Positions 25,575-33,392 of a stretch of DNA of 38,370 nt are shown here, one piece after another. Every line of letters starts with the position of its first letter. Position 1 is the stretch's first letter. The notes beneath the pieces are model-generated. The model saw only the letters and a program-made list of their open reading frames with translations. It was not told the origin of the DNA and ran no database searches. Position numbers and translations under genes: made by a program. The DNA comes from Desulfatirhabdium butyrativorans (GTDB lineage: Bacteria > Desulfobacterota > Desulfobacteria > Desulfobacterales > JAIFKL01). The DNA lies in contig DZCT01000002.1 of NCBI GenBank assembly GCA_022736535.1, positions 1-38,370 on the forward strand. Reading direction: 5' to 3'.

Positions 25575-27371
25575 ATGAGGAAAAAACAAAATACGGTGTT
25601 TGACAAAGCATTCCGTCTTTGTACGGCAATCCTGATGCTGATGTTCTCCGCTTTCGGATGCGGCGGCGAACATGAAGATTATGTCTCTGAGAGAGAAGGA
25701 CGCTTTATAGACAGCGCCGTGCAGGGACTGTCCTATATTTCCGGCAGTCGTACCGACATAACCGATGAAAACGGGACTTTCTTTTATGAAAAAGGCAAAG
25801 ATGTCACATTCAGGCTCGGAAACATTGTACTCGGGTCTGCGACAACTGTTCTGGAATTAGATATAAAAACACAGGAACTTGCGCCGGACATACTGACGCT
25901 GACCCCCAGAGATCTGGTTTCCGCAGCGGAAAGCGACAGAGACCCGCAGGTGACAAATATTCTGCGCTTTTTGCAGACATTGGATGATGATGCGAATCCG
26001 GATAACGGCATTATGCTGTCAGAATCTGTGAGACAAAAAGCAGAAAAATACAGTACGGAAGTTGACTTCTCATTAAGCACAGACAAATTTGAAGAAAAAA
26101 TACAGACTGTCGTAAATGATCTGCTGGGCAAAGAGCGGGAACTGATTTCCGCGGTCAGGGCGCAGAATCATTTTATTCGGACCAAATTGCAGGAGATATT
26201 GGACAAAGCGGTTTCAGAAAACGAGGTTCCCGGCGTGGCACTCGTTGCGGAAGTTCCCTGCGAGGGAGAAGACTGTGCAGACGGCGCGATGGACGGCGTG
26301 ACTTATTCGGACGGAAAATTTACATGGAAGCTGACAAGCGGTTATTCCAATCTGGAAACCCAAACGCCCATGACCGCCGATACCCGATTCCGGGTTGCCA
26401 GTCTGACCAAAACATTTGTGGCAATGACCGTCATGCAAATGGTCGAGGAAGGAAAGATAACTCTCGACGATTCCATAGAACAGTGGTTTCCCGGACTGAT
26501 TCCCAACGGTGAAAACATCAATATCCGTCAGGTGGTGAATCACTCCAGCGGGCTTTATAATTTCTATGAAGTGCCTTCCGACTGGTTTTTTGATTTCCTG
26601 TTTCTCCGTCAGGATAAATGGGATCCGCTTGATCTCATTGAACTTGCGGTTGAAGAAGGACCGACATTTGCTCCCGGCACAGACTGGCATTATTCAAACA
26701 CAAATTATGTCCTGCTGGGAATGCTCATAGAGAAAGTGACCGGCAACAAGTGGGAAGATGAGATACGAAATCGTTTTATCAATAAATACGGACTGTCCGA
26801 CACCATTGTACCGGAAACCGGGGAGTCAAATCTTGAAGGTCCTTATGTTCAGAATCCGACAGAAGGAAAATACGCCCACGGCTACATTGACCTGTATGAT
26901 GTGACCGGCGCCATGTACGGAAGTAAAAACAAAGGCTTGGAAGACGCTTCGACTCGGGAACCGTCTGCTGCGAGTTCATCGGCATGTATGATTTCCTCGC
27001 CTGAAAATCTGTGCTTATGGATCAGACTCATCGGCGAAGGCAGGCTGTTCGGTGAAGGCTATGATTTTGTCAATGACACCGGCGTTGATCCTGAACTTTA
27101 TTTTCCGATGAATGAGGCAACGGATTGCGGTCCCAATATCTACAAAAATCTCGCAAACAACATGCTGATTGCTTCGGGTAATTTTCTGGGTTACGATGTG
27201 GGTATTGTCTATGATCCGAATCATGGGATACCGATTGCCACATGCGCCAACAGGACATTGAGGTCTGAAGACGGTCAGATAAAAGATATTGTCATTTTTG
27301 ACGCGATTGAGATTCTGGGCGCCGGACTGCCGACGGCTGAAAAAAGGTCGGCGGATTCTGAAGAAATTTGA
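25575..27371 (+). CDS. Secreted (possibly lipoprotein) serine hydrolase of the beta-lactamase / S12 D-peptidase fold, with a ~230-aa N-terminal domain of unknown function
   Basis: I chose the ATG at 25575 (GGGAGA 8 nt upstream); the ORF-track start 25476 would translate the heptamer repeat. N-terminus MRKKQNTVFDKAFRLCTAILMLMFSAFGCGG has a signal peptide with a Cys at a lipobox-like position. SxxK: ASLTKTF (26400-26411). YxN: YSNTNY (from 26691). HG in KYAHGYID. Confidence 0.85.
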   Translation: MRKKQNTVFDKAFRLCTAILMLMFSAFGCGGEHEDYVSEREGRFIDSAVQGLSYISGSRTDITDENGTFFYEKGKDVTFRLGNIVLGSATTVLELDIKTQELAPDILTLTPRDLVSAAESDRDPQVTNILRFLQTLDDDANPDNGIMLSESVRQKAEKYSTEVDFSLSTDKFEEKIQTVVNDLLGKERELISAVRAQNHFIRTKLQEILDKAVSENEVPGVALVAEVPCEGEDCADGAMDGVTYSDGKFTWKLTSGYSNLETQTPMTADTRFRVASLTKTFVAMTVMQMVEEGKITLDDSIEQWFPGLIPNGENINIRQVVNHSSGLYNFYEVPSDWFFDFLFLRQDKWDPLDLIELAVEEGPTFAPGTDWHYSNTNYVLLGMLIEKVTGNKWEDEIRNRFINKYGLSDTIVPETGESNLEGPYVQNPTEGKYAHGYIDLYDVTGAMYGSKNKGLEDASTREPSAASSSACMISSPENLCLWIRLIGEGRLFGEGYDFVNDTGVDPELYFPMNEATDCGPNIYKNLANNMLIASGNFLGYDVGIVYDPNHGIPIATCANRTLRSEDGQIKDIVIFDAIEILGAGLPTAEKRSADSEEI

Positions 27372-27374
27372 AAA

Positions 27375-27444
27375 AAGGTTAGGGGTTAGGGGTTCGAGGT
27401 TCGGGGTCAGAGGTCGCACCCCGAACCTCGCACCCCGAACCCCA
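27375..27444 (+). repeat. Palindromic heptamer-repeat element, intergenic copy (strong hairpin)
   Basis: AAGGTTA GGGGTTA GGGGTTC GAGGTTC GGGGTCA GAGGTCG | CACCCCG AACCTCG CACCCCG AACCCCA. CGAGGTTCGGGGT (27395-27407) pairs perfectly with ACCCCGAACCTCG (27418-27430). It lies between the stop at 27371 and the start at 27451. Confidence 0.9.
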
Positions 27445-27450
27445 TAAAAT

Positions 27451-29085
27451 ATGAACCTGCTGAAACTATATAAAAAAGAGTCAACTGTTTCCGGCAACTC
27501 GGTGATGTTTATGGCGATTGCTTCCGGCATCGCACAGGGACTTCTGCTGGGCATCATCACCACTGCTGCAGCCACGGCTTCCTACGACAGCCTGAATTTC
27601 AGATTCTTTCTGCTGTTTGTGATTGCCTTCGCCATTGTTATCATCGGAAAACGCTTTGCTTTGAAAAGAGCCACTGCCATCGCCGAGGGGATCATCAAAC
27701 GTATAAGGATAAGAATTTCCGATAAAATCAGAAATTCCGAACTCCTGTTTCTGGAACATACCGGAAAAGCCGAAATCTATACACGGATTACTTACAACAC
27801 CAATCTGATTTCCGAATCCGCGGTGCTGATTATCAATGCAGCCCAGTCCGGCATTGTGCTGTTTTTCTGCCTGTTTTATATCGCTGTCTTATCGAACTTG
27901 GCTTTTTTCATCACCGTTATTGCCATCGGCGCGGCTACAGCCAATTATATGTTGCAGCAGGATAAAATTGACATAGAAATCCGTGAAACCGCCGGAAAAG
28001 AAAGCACCTTCTTTGAGATGCTGAATCAGACTCTTGACGGCTTCAAAGAACTGAAAATGAACCGAAAAAAAAGCGATGACCTTTTCGGATATCTGACAAA
28101 AATAGCAGATGAAACCGAGGAACTGAAAGTAAAAACCGGCTTCAGATTTGTCACAGAACTGATGTTCTCCCAGGTCTTTTTTTATACGCTGCTGGCGGTC
28201 ATTGTTTTTGTTCTGCCCCGATTGGACCCGGCAAATCCTTCATTGGTTATCCGACTCACTGCCGCGATTCTGTTTATTATCGGACCGGTAAATCTGATGG
28301 TGGGCGCGATACCGCTTTTTTCCAGAGCCAACATGGCGGTGGAAATTCTCTATGAACTTGAAAAGCGTTTGGATGATGCTGCAGCGCCGTTTAAAGTCGG
28401 GGACAAGCCCTATATCAGAAAGATCGAATCCTTTAACGAACTCCGGCTTGACAACCTTTCTTTTTCCTATGCCGATCCTTACGGAACGCCTTTATTTACG
28501 GTCGGTCCCGTCAATATGACGATCCGGAAAGGAGAAATCGTCTTTATCGTCGGCGGCAACGGCAGCGGAAAATCAACGCTGCTCAAGCTTTTAACCGGAC
28601 TGTATTATCCCGATGCCGGCACCATCCGATTGGATGATTTGACGATTGATAAGACATCCTATCAGGCATATCGGGAAATGTTTTCAATTATTTTCAGTGA
28701 TTTTCATGTGTTTGACAGACTCTACGGCTTGGATGAAACCGATTTCGATAAAATCCGAAATCTTATCAAGCTGATGGAACTGGAAAAGAAAACAGAAGTG
28801 ATTGACGGCGAATTTACCAATATCAAGCTTTCCACGGGCCAGCGGAAAAGACTGGCGATGATCTGTGCTTTGCTGGAAAACCGTCCGATCTGCGTGTTTG
28901 ATGAATGGGCGGCGGATCAGGATCCGATATTCAGAAAATATTTTTATGAAACTCTGCTGAACGATTTGAGAGCGCAGGGAAAAACAATTATCGCGGTCAG
29001 CCATGACGACCGATATTTCGGCTTTGCAGACAGAGTATTAAAAATGGAATACGGCAAGTTTGTCGAGTACAGCAGTCAGATTTGA
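27451..29085 (+). CDS. ABC exporter, fused TMD-NBD, cyclic-peptide transporter family (SyrD / PvdE / YojI-like)
   Basis: 544 aa with about six N-terminal TM segments. Walker A GGNGSGKST (28552-28578), signature LSTGQRKRLA, Walker B ICVFDEWAADQD, SHDDRYF. By eye the NBD strongly resembles E. coli YojI as I recall its sequence. Confidence 0.9.
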   Translation: MNLLKLYKKESTVSGNSVMFMAIASGIAQGLLLGIITTAAATASYDSLNFRFFLLFVIAFAIVIIGKRFALKRATAIAEGIIKRIRIRISDKIRNSELLFLEHTGKAEIYTRITYNTNLISESAVLIINAAQSGIVLFFCLFYIAVLSNLAFFITVIAIGAATANYMLQQDKIDIEIRETAGKESTFFEMLNQTLDGFKELKMNRKKSDDLFGYLTKIADETEELKVKTGFRFVTELMFSQVFFYTLLAVIVFVLPRLDPANPSLVIRLTAAILFIIGPVNLMVGAIPLFSRANMAVEILYELEKRLDDAAAPFKVGDKPYIRKIESFNELRLDNLSFSYADPYGTPLFTVGPVNMTIRKGEIVFIVGGNGSGKSTLLKLLTGLYYPDAGTIRLDDLTIDKTSYQAYREMFSIIFSDFHVFDRLYGLDETDFDKIRNLIKLMELEKKTEVIDGEFTNIKLSTGQRKRLAMICALLENRPICVFDEWAADQDPIFRKYFYETLLNDLRAQGKTIIAVSHDDRYFGFADRVLKMEYGKFVEYSSQI

Positions 29086-29123
29086 AAAACAGGTGACTTG
29101 ACCTTCACACGCTTGCTGCTCTG

Positions 29124-29169
29124 TCCGGAGTGCTAAAATGAAATTTTAGCAAAGCATAGGTGCTAAAAT
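29124..29169 (+). repeat. Small palindromic element, family 2, intergenic copy plus an extra half-site
   Basis: TCCGGAGTGCTAAAATGAAATTTTAGCAAAGCA (29124-29156). Stem TGCTAAAAT / ATTTTAGCA with loop GAA. TGCTAAAAT recurs at 29161-29169. It matches 23292-23323 except for two compensatory dinucleotide swaps and a 1-nt indel. Confidence 0.85.
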
Positions 29170-29215
29170 TCGCTCCGCTCCGCTTTTATAAGATGACGCA
29201 GTCCGGAACGGCTTG

Positions 29216-30508
29216 ATGACAATATTTCGGAGTGAAATAAAAATCAGAAAAATGTTTAAAAAAATTTTCAATAAAATAAAAGAGATATACAATACGATTT
29301 TAGAGAAATTCCACGGGAATATCTCCGTGCTGATTGTTCTTGTTCTGATTCAACTGCTCCTTATTGCCTATCTGTTTAACAACATTGTCTGTACGGTTGA
29401 GTCAGGGGAAGCGGGTGTTTTATACAAGCGATTCGGCGGCGGGACTATCACGGACAAAGTTTTTCCCGAAGGGATTTATTTCATATATCCCTGGGACAGG
29501 CTCTATGTTTACAATGTCAGGGTTCAGCAGAAAGGACATAAATTCCATGTGCTGACAAAAACCGGATTGAAGGTTCAGTTATCCATAAGCGTTCGTTATT
29601 ACCCGGAATACAATCTCCTCGGCATCCTGCATCAGAAAGTGGGACCCAGTTATGTAGACGAAATCGTTATTCCGGAAATCGAATCGGTGCTGCGTCTGAT
29701 TGTAGGACAGTTGGACGCGGAGGAGATTTACACCACCAAAACCGGGCTGATTGACGCGGCAATCAACGAGGCCATCGAACAGATTTCCCGCAGATTTGTC
29801 AAAGTGGACGATGTGATCATCAAAGAAGTGGAACTGCCCGAAAGTGTTGCGGATTCCATCCGTTACAAAATCGAGCAGAAACACATGGCAGAAGCCCATC
29901 TGTTTAAGATAGAGAAAGAAAAAAGAGAAGCGGAAAGAAAGCGGATCGAAGCCGGCGGTCTGAAAGATTACAATCATATTGTCAACACCTCGCTTTCGGA
30001 AAACATACTACAGTGGATGGGCATTCAGGCAACTTTGCAGTTGGCAAATTCGGACAATTCAAAAGTGATAGTGGTCGGCGCGGGCAAAAGAGGTCTGCCT
30101 GTTATCGGAAGCATTCTGCTGAATGACGGAATGCCCGAAATCAGCATCGGAAGCGGTGAAAAAGCCGGGACCTCAGAGAAAAACAAATCCGGCAAAACTG
30201 CCGAAGAACAGGAGAAACAAAGCCAATCCGGTGAGACAGAATCCCCTGAAAAAACAGAAAGCAGCGAAGCATCGGAAACCGTCAAACCGGAACAGACATC
30301 CGGCTCCGGACGCCGATATGAGTTTGTACGGGACCCGAATGAGGCGGCACCCCGTGAATCTGAAGAAATGAAGCAAAAAGAACGCTCTGAAATCAAAGAT
30401 AAATCCGAAACGGTCACGGAAAAAGACCGCTCCGGAATGTCAACCGAAACCGAAAAGAATCGGTCAGAACTGACCGGAAAAACAGATACATCGGATGCAA
30501 ACAGGTAA
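29216..30508 (+). CDS. SPFH / band-7 (prohibitin-stomatin-HflK/C family) membrane protein with a ~120-aa Glu/Lys/Ser/Thr-rich tail
   Basis: N-terminal TM ISVLIVLVLIQLLLIAYLF. SPFH core VESGEAGVLYKRFGGG...LKVQLSISVRYYP...VIPEIESVLRLIVGQLDAEEIYTTK. Coiled-coil segment EQKHMAEAHLFKIEKEKREAERKRIEA. The start is ambiguous (ATG 29216 or ATG 29252). Confidence 0.8.
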   Translation: MTIFRSEIKIRKMFKKIFNKIKEIYNTILEKFHGNISVLIVLVLIQLLLIAYLFNNIVCTVESGEAGVLYKRFGGGTITDKVFPEGIYFIYPWDRLYVYNVRVQQKGHKFHVLTKTGLKVQLSISVRYYPEYNLLGILHQKVGPSYVDEIVIPEIESVLRLIVGQLDAEEIYTTKTGLIDAAINEAIEQISRRFVKVDDVIIKEVELPESVADSIRYKIEQKHMAEAHLFKIEKEKREAERKRIEAGGLKDYNHIVNTSLSENILQWMGIQATLQLANSDNSKVIVVGAGKRGLPVIGSILLNDGMPEISIGSGEKAGTSEKNKSGKTAEEQEKQSQSGETESPEKTESSEASETVKPEQTSGSGRRYEFVRDPNEAAPRESEEMKQKERSEIKDKSETVTEKDRSGMSTETEKNRSELTGKTDTSDANR

Positions 30509-33221
30509 ACAGACGATTATTCTGCTCATGGCGGGTTTGTTTCTTTTTTCATGCGGTGCCGGCTCGCTGACGCCTGAAGAAAGAGGCAAAAAAGCAGCTC
30601 AGTCAAAAGGCGACATCGTGATCGGCGTGGTGGATTCTTCTTTTGATCCCAGCCTGTTTACGGACGGCGTAAAGCTGGCGGTCGCAGAAATCAACGAACA
30701 GGGCGGTCCTTTGGGAAGAAAAATCAGACCCCTGTTTTATGATGACAGGAGATACCTCAATATCGGTCAGAATGTTGCCCGAAAGCTGGCAGCACATCCG
30801 GATGTGGTTGCGGTGCTGGGGCATCGTTATTCGGGCGTGGCTGTGCCGGTATCCATCATCTATGAAAATAACGGCATTGTGTTTATTTCCACCGGCGCGA
30901 CAGACCCGAATTTTACCCAGTACGGGGGCGCATACACCTTCAGAAATATGCTCTCCGACAGCGATACGGGAAAAGAGACGGCACGGATGTCCTATCAGCG
31001 GGGATACACAAAAATGGCGGTCTTTTATGAAAGAGAGACCGCGGGTCAGCGTCTGGCAGATATTTTCAGCGAAGAAGCAGACCGGCTCGGCATTGATATT
31101 GTCGCAGTCCGTTCTTATTTCAAATGGCAGACAGATTTCAAGAACATGGCATCCGAACTTGCCCGGAATTACCAATTTGATGCGGTGTTTGTCGCCGGAC
31201 TTCTGCCGTTTGCCGGCGAGCTGATCAAACAGGCGCGGATGATGGGCATCAGTGTTCCTTTTATCGGCTCCCACAGTCTGGATTCTCCGGAACTTTTCAC
31301 CGTGGCAGGCAAAAGCGCGGAGCATGTGATTGTGCCTTCGGTTTTCAATCCGGATATGCCCTCTAAAAGCACCCGGGATTTTGTCAAAAAATTTCGGGCA
31401 AAATTCGGCGTGATGCCGGATACATGGGCGGCTCAGGGATATGATGCGGTTCAACTGCTGGCTTACGCCGTTGAAAAAAGCGGTTCTGCCGTGCCGATTG
31501 CCATGGGATCTGCCCTGCGCTTTCTTGAAAAATGGAAAGGCGCGACCGGCTCTTATTCTTTCAAGATGAACGGCGACATCAGCGGAAAGGAAATCTTTTT
31601 CAAAGAGCTTCGCAACGGCAAATTTGAGATGCTGGACTATGAGATGAAAGAGGAAATCAGTCCCTTTTATGTGGTGGAAGAAATCACCCTGCGCCTGCCG
31701 GTGGAAGGCATTATCACCACCATTGATCCGGGATTTTCGCAGGATATTTCCTCTATTGAAGCGATTGAGCAGATGTTTCTGGGGCTGACCGATTTTGATC
31801 CGAAAACCTATCAGGCAGTTCCCGAACTGGCGGAAAGCTGGAGTGTCAGCGACGACGGAAAGACCTACCGCTTCAAACTGCGTGAGGATGCCAAATGGAC
31901 AAACGGCAGAGCCGTCACCGCGCATGACATTGTCTGGGCAATTCAGCGGAATATAAAACCGGAAAGCAGATGTCCCTCTGCTTCCATGCTCTATATTCTG
32001 AAAAATGCAAAAGAGATCAGCAGCGGAAATATCACGGATGTCTCGCAGATCGGGGTCCGTGCGCCGGATGATTTTACAGCGGAATTTGAACTGGAACACC
32101 CTGCCGCATATTTTCCCGGAATGGCAGGTCTTGCGGTGTATCGGCCCCTGCCCCGTGAGACTGTTGAAGAATACAAAGAGCGCTGGACAGAACCTGAACA
32201 CATTCAGACCAACGGCTCTTACAAACTCGCGTTCTGGGACAAAGGGATGCTGATGATATTAAGAAAAAATCCGAATTATTATGAAGCGCAGAAGGTTTCT
32301 ATCCCTGAAGTCCGCTTTTATATCATCCCTGAGAGTGCGGTGGGTCTGGTCATGTATGAAAACAATGAATTGGACATCACGGGCGGAAATTATCTCAGAC
32401 TTCCTTTTGCCCGGCTGGATGATATTAAAGTCAATCCGCATATAGGCAAAGAATATTCAAGAGCGCCGATGTTTGCGACCTATTCTTACGGTTTTAATAC
32501 CAAACGTCCGCCCATGGACAATCCGCTGGTTCGGAAGGCGATCTGCGCGGCGGTTGACCGTCAGTTTTTAATTGATCTGGTGACCAAAAGCGGGGAAGCG
32601 CCGGCAACCACTTATACGCCCCCGCCGATTCTCGGTTCGGTTGCTCCCGAAGAGGGTGTGGGCATCGGCTTTGATCCGCTGCAGGCGAAAAAATGGCTGG
32701 CAGAAGCCGGCTATCCGGACGGCAAGGGTTTTCCCGAAATAGAGCTGCTGTATAATGCTTCCAAAACCCATTCGGAAATTGCCCGGGCCCTTGCGGCATC
32801 TTTAGCCTATTATCTGAATATCCGCCTCCGTCTGAAGGAAGAAACATGGGATAATTATGTCAAATATCTGTATGAGCCTGACACATCTTCGCATCATATC
32901 TTCAGATTCGGATGGTCTGTTGATTATCCGGATGCGAACAATATTCTCAATGAACTCTTCAATCCCCGGAACCCGAACAATTTCACGGGCTGGGACAATG
33001 CGGAGTTTTCCGAGCTGATGGCAAAGGCATTGGAAACAACGAATCCGGAAGAGAGAAAAGCCTTTTACAGACGTGCAGAACAGATTCTGTGCGAAGAACA
33101 TGCCGTGATTTTTCCGCTTTATTTTGAAGCCGCGCACTGTCTGGTAAAGCCCAGGGTCAAAGGCTGGTATCACATGGCAATCGGGGGGCAGCATATCCGC
33201 AACTGGAGTCTGAAAAACTGA
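30495..33221 (+). CDS. Lipoprotein fusing a type-1 periplasmic binding domain (LivK / Peripla_BP_6-like) to a family-5 solute-binding domain (OppA/DppA-like)
   Basis: The start overlaps the SPFH gene by 14 nt. Lipobox LFLFSC|GAG. N-terminal half: DIVIGVVDSS...KLAVAEINEQGGPLGRKIRPLFYDD...VVAVLGHRYSGVAVPVS..GIVFISTGATDP (LivK-like). C-terminal half from ~31677: FLGLTDFDPKTYQAVPELAESWSVSDDGKTYRFKLREDAKWTNG (family-5 SBP signature region), NPNYYE, GWSVDYPDANNIL. Confidence 0.85.
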   Translation: MQTGKQTIILLMAGLFLFSCGAGSLTPEERGKKAAQSKGDIVIGVVDSSFDPSLFTDGVKLAVAEINEQGGPLGRKIRPLFYDDRRYLNIGQNVARKLAAHPDVVAVLGHRYSGVAVPVSIIYENNGIVFISTGATDPNFTQYGGAYTFRNMLSDSDTGKETARMSYQRGYTKMAVFYERETAGQRLADIFSEEADRLGIDIVAVRSYFKWQTDFKNMASELARNYQFDAVFVAGLLPFAGELIKQARMMGISVPFIGSHSLDSPELFTVAGKSAEHVIVPSVFNPDMPSKSTRDFVKKFRAKFGVMPDTWAAQGYDAVQLLAYAVEKSGSAVPIAMGSALRFLEKWKGATGSYSFKMNGDISGKEIFFKELRNGKFEMLDYEMKEEISPFYVVEEITLRLPVEGIITTIDPGFSQDISSIEAIEQMFLGLTDFDPKTYQAVPELAESWSVSDDGKTYRFKLREDAKWTNGRAVTAHDIVWAIQRNIKPESRCPSASMLYILKNAKEISSGNITDVSQIGVRAPDDFTAEFELEHPAAYFPGMAGLAVYRPLPRETVEEYKERWTEPEHIQTNGSYKLAFWDKGMLMILRKNPNYYEAQKVSIPEVRFYIIPESAVGLVMYENNELDITGGNYLRLPFARLDDIKVNPHIGKEYSRAPMFATYSYGFNTKRPPMDNPLVRKAICAAVDRQFLIDLVTKSGEAPATTYTPPPILGSVAPEEGVGIGFDPLQAKKWLAEAGYPDGKGFPEIELLYNASKTHSEIARALAASLAYYLNIRLRLKEETWDNYVKYLYEPDTSSHHIFRFGWSVDYPDANNILNELFNPRNPNNFTGWDNAEFSELMAKALETTNPEERKAFYRRAEQILCEEHAVIFPLYFEAAHCLVKPRVKGWYHMAIGGQHIRNWSLKN

Positions 33222-33230
33222 CTTTTAATT

Positions 33231-33290
33231 TCTCGCAAAGGCGCAAAGGTCGCAAAGCAGAGACGCAAAATTTTGCGTCTCTGCGTCTCC
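33231..33290 (+). repeat. Composite intergenic repeat: three CGCAAAG direct repeats plus a 26-bp perfect palindrome (family 3)
   Basis: CGCAAAG at 33234, 33242 and 33251. CAGAGACGCAAAA|TTTTGCGTCTCTG at 33258-33283 is a perfect palindrome. A related TGCAAAGGGCGCAAAG lies at 33367-33382. Confidence 0.85.
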
Positions 33291-33392
33291 TCCTGTTTAC
33301 CCAAAAAATCCTTTGAGCTCTCTGCGCCGAGGCTGAGAACAGATGCGAGAAACCTTTATTATTTCTTGCAAAGGGCGCAAAGATTCTGAACT

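Noticed and set aside
25575-27371. S12 protein as a SurE-type cytoplasmic off-loading cyclase
   Set aside because: This is attractive because the NRPS ends T-E without a TE. However, the protein has an N-terminal export signal and its beta-lactamase-fold domain is C-terminal to a large extra domain. I kept it only as a disfavoured alternative in the findings.
21517-27444. Heptamer/palindrome copies as a CRISPR array
   Set aside because: The units are 7 nt and contiguous, with no spacers. The three copies are kilobases apart and each is an inverted repeat. No cas genes are present.
30603-32201. 532-aa minus-strand ORF, the longest antisense ORF in the track
   Set aside because: It lies wholly inside the well-supported SBP-fusion gene. 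Its composition is Arg/His/Phe/Cys-rich with no recognisable motif, as expected for a shadow ORF.
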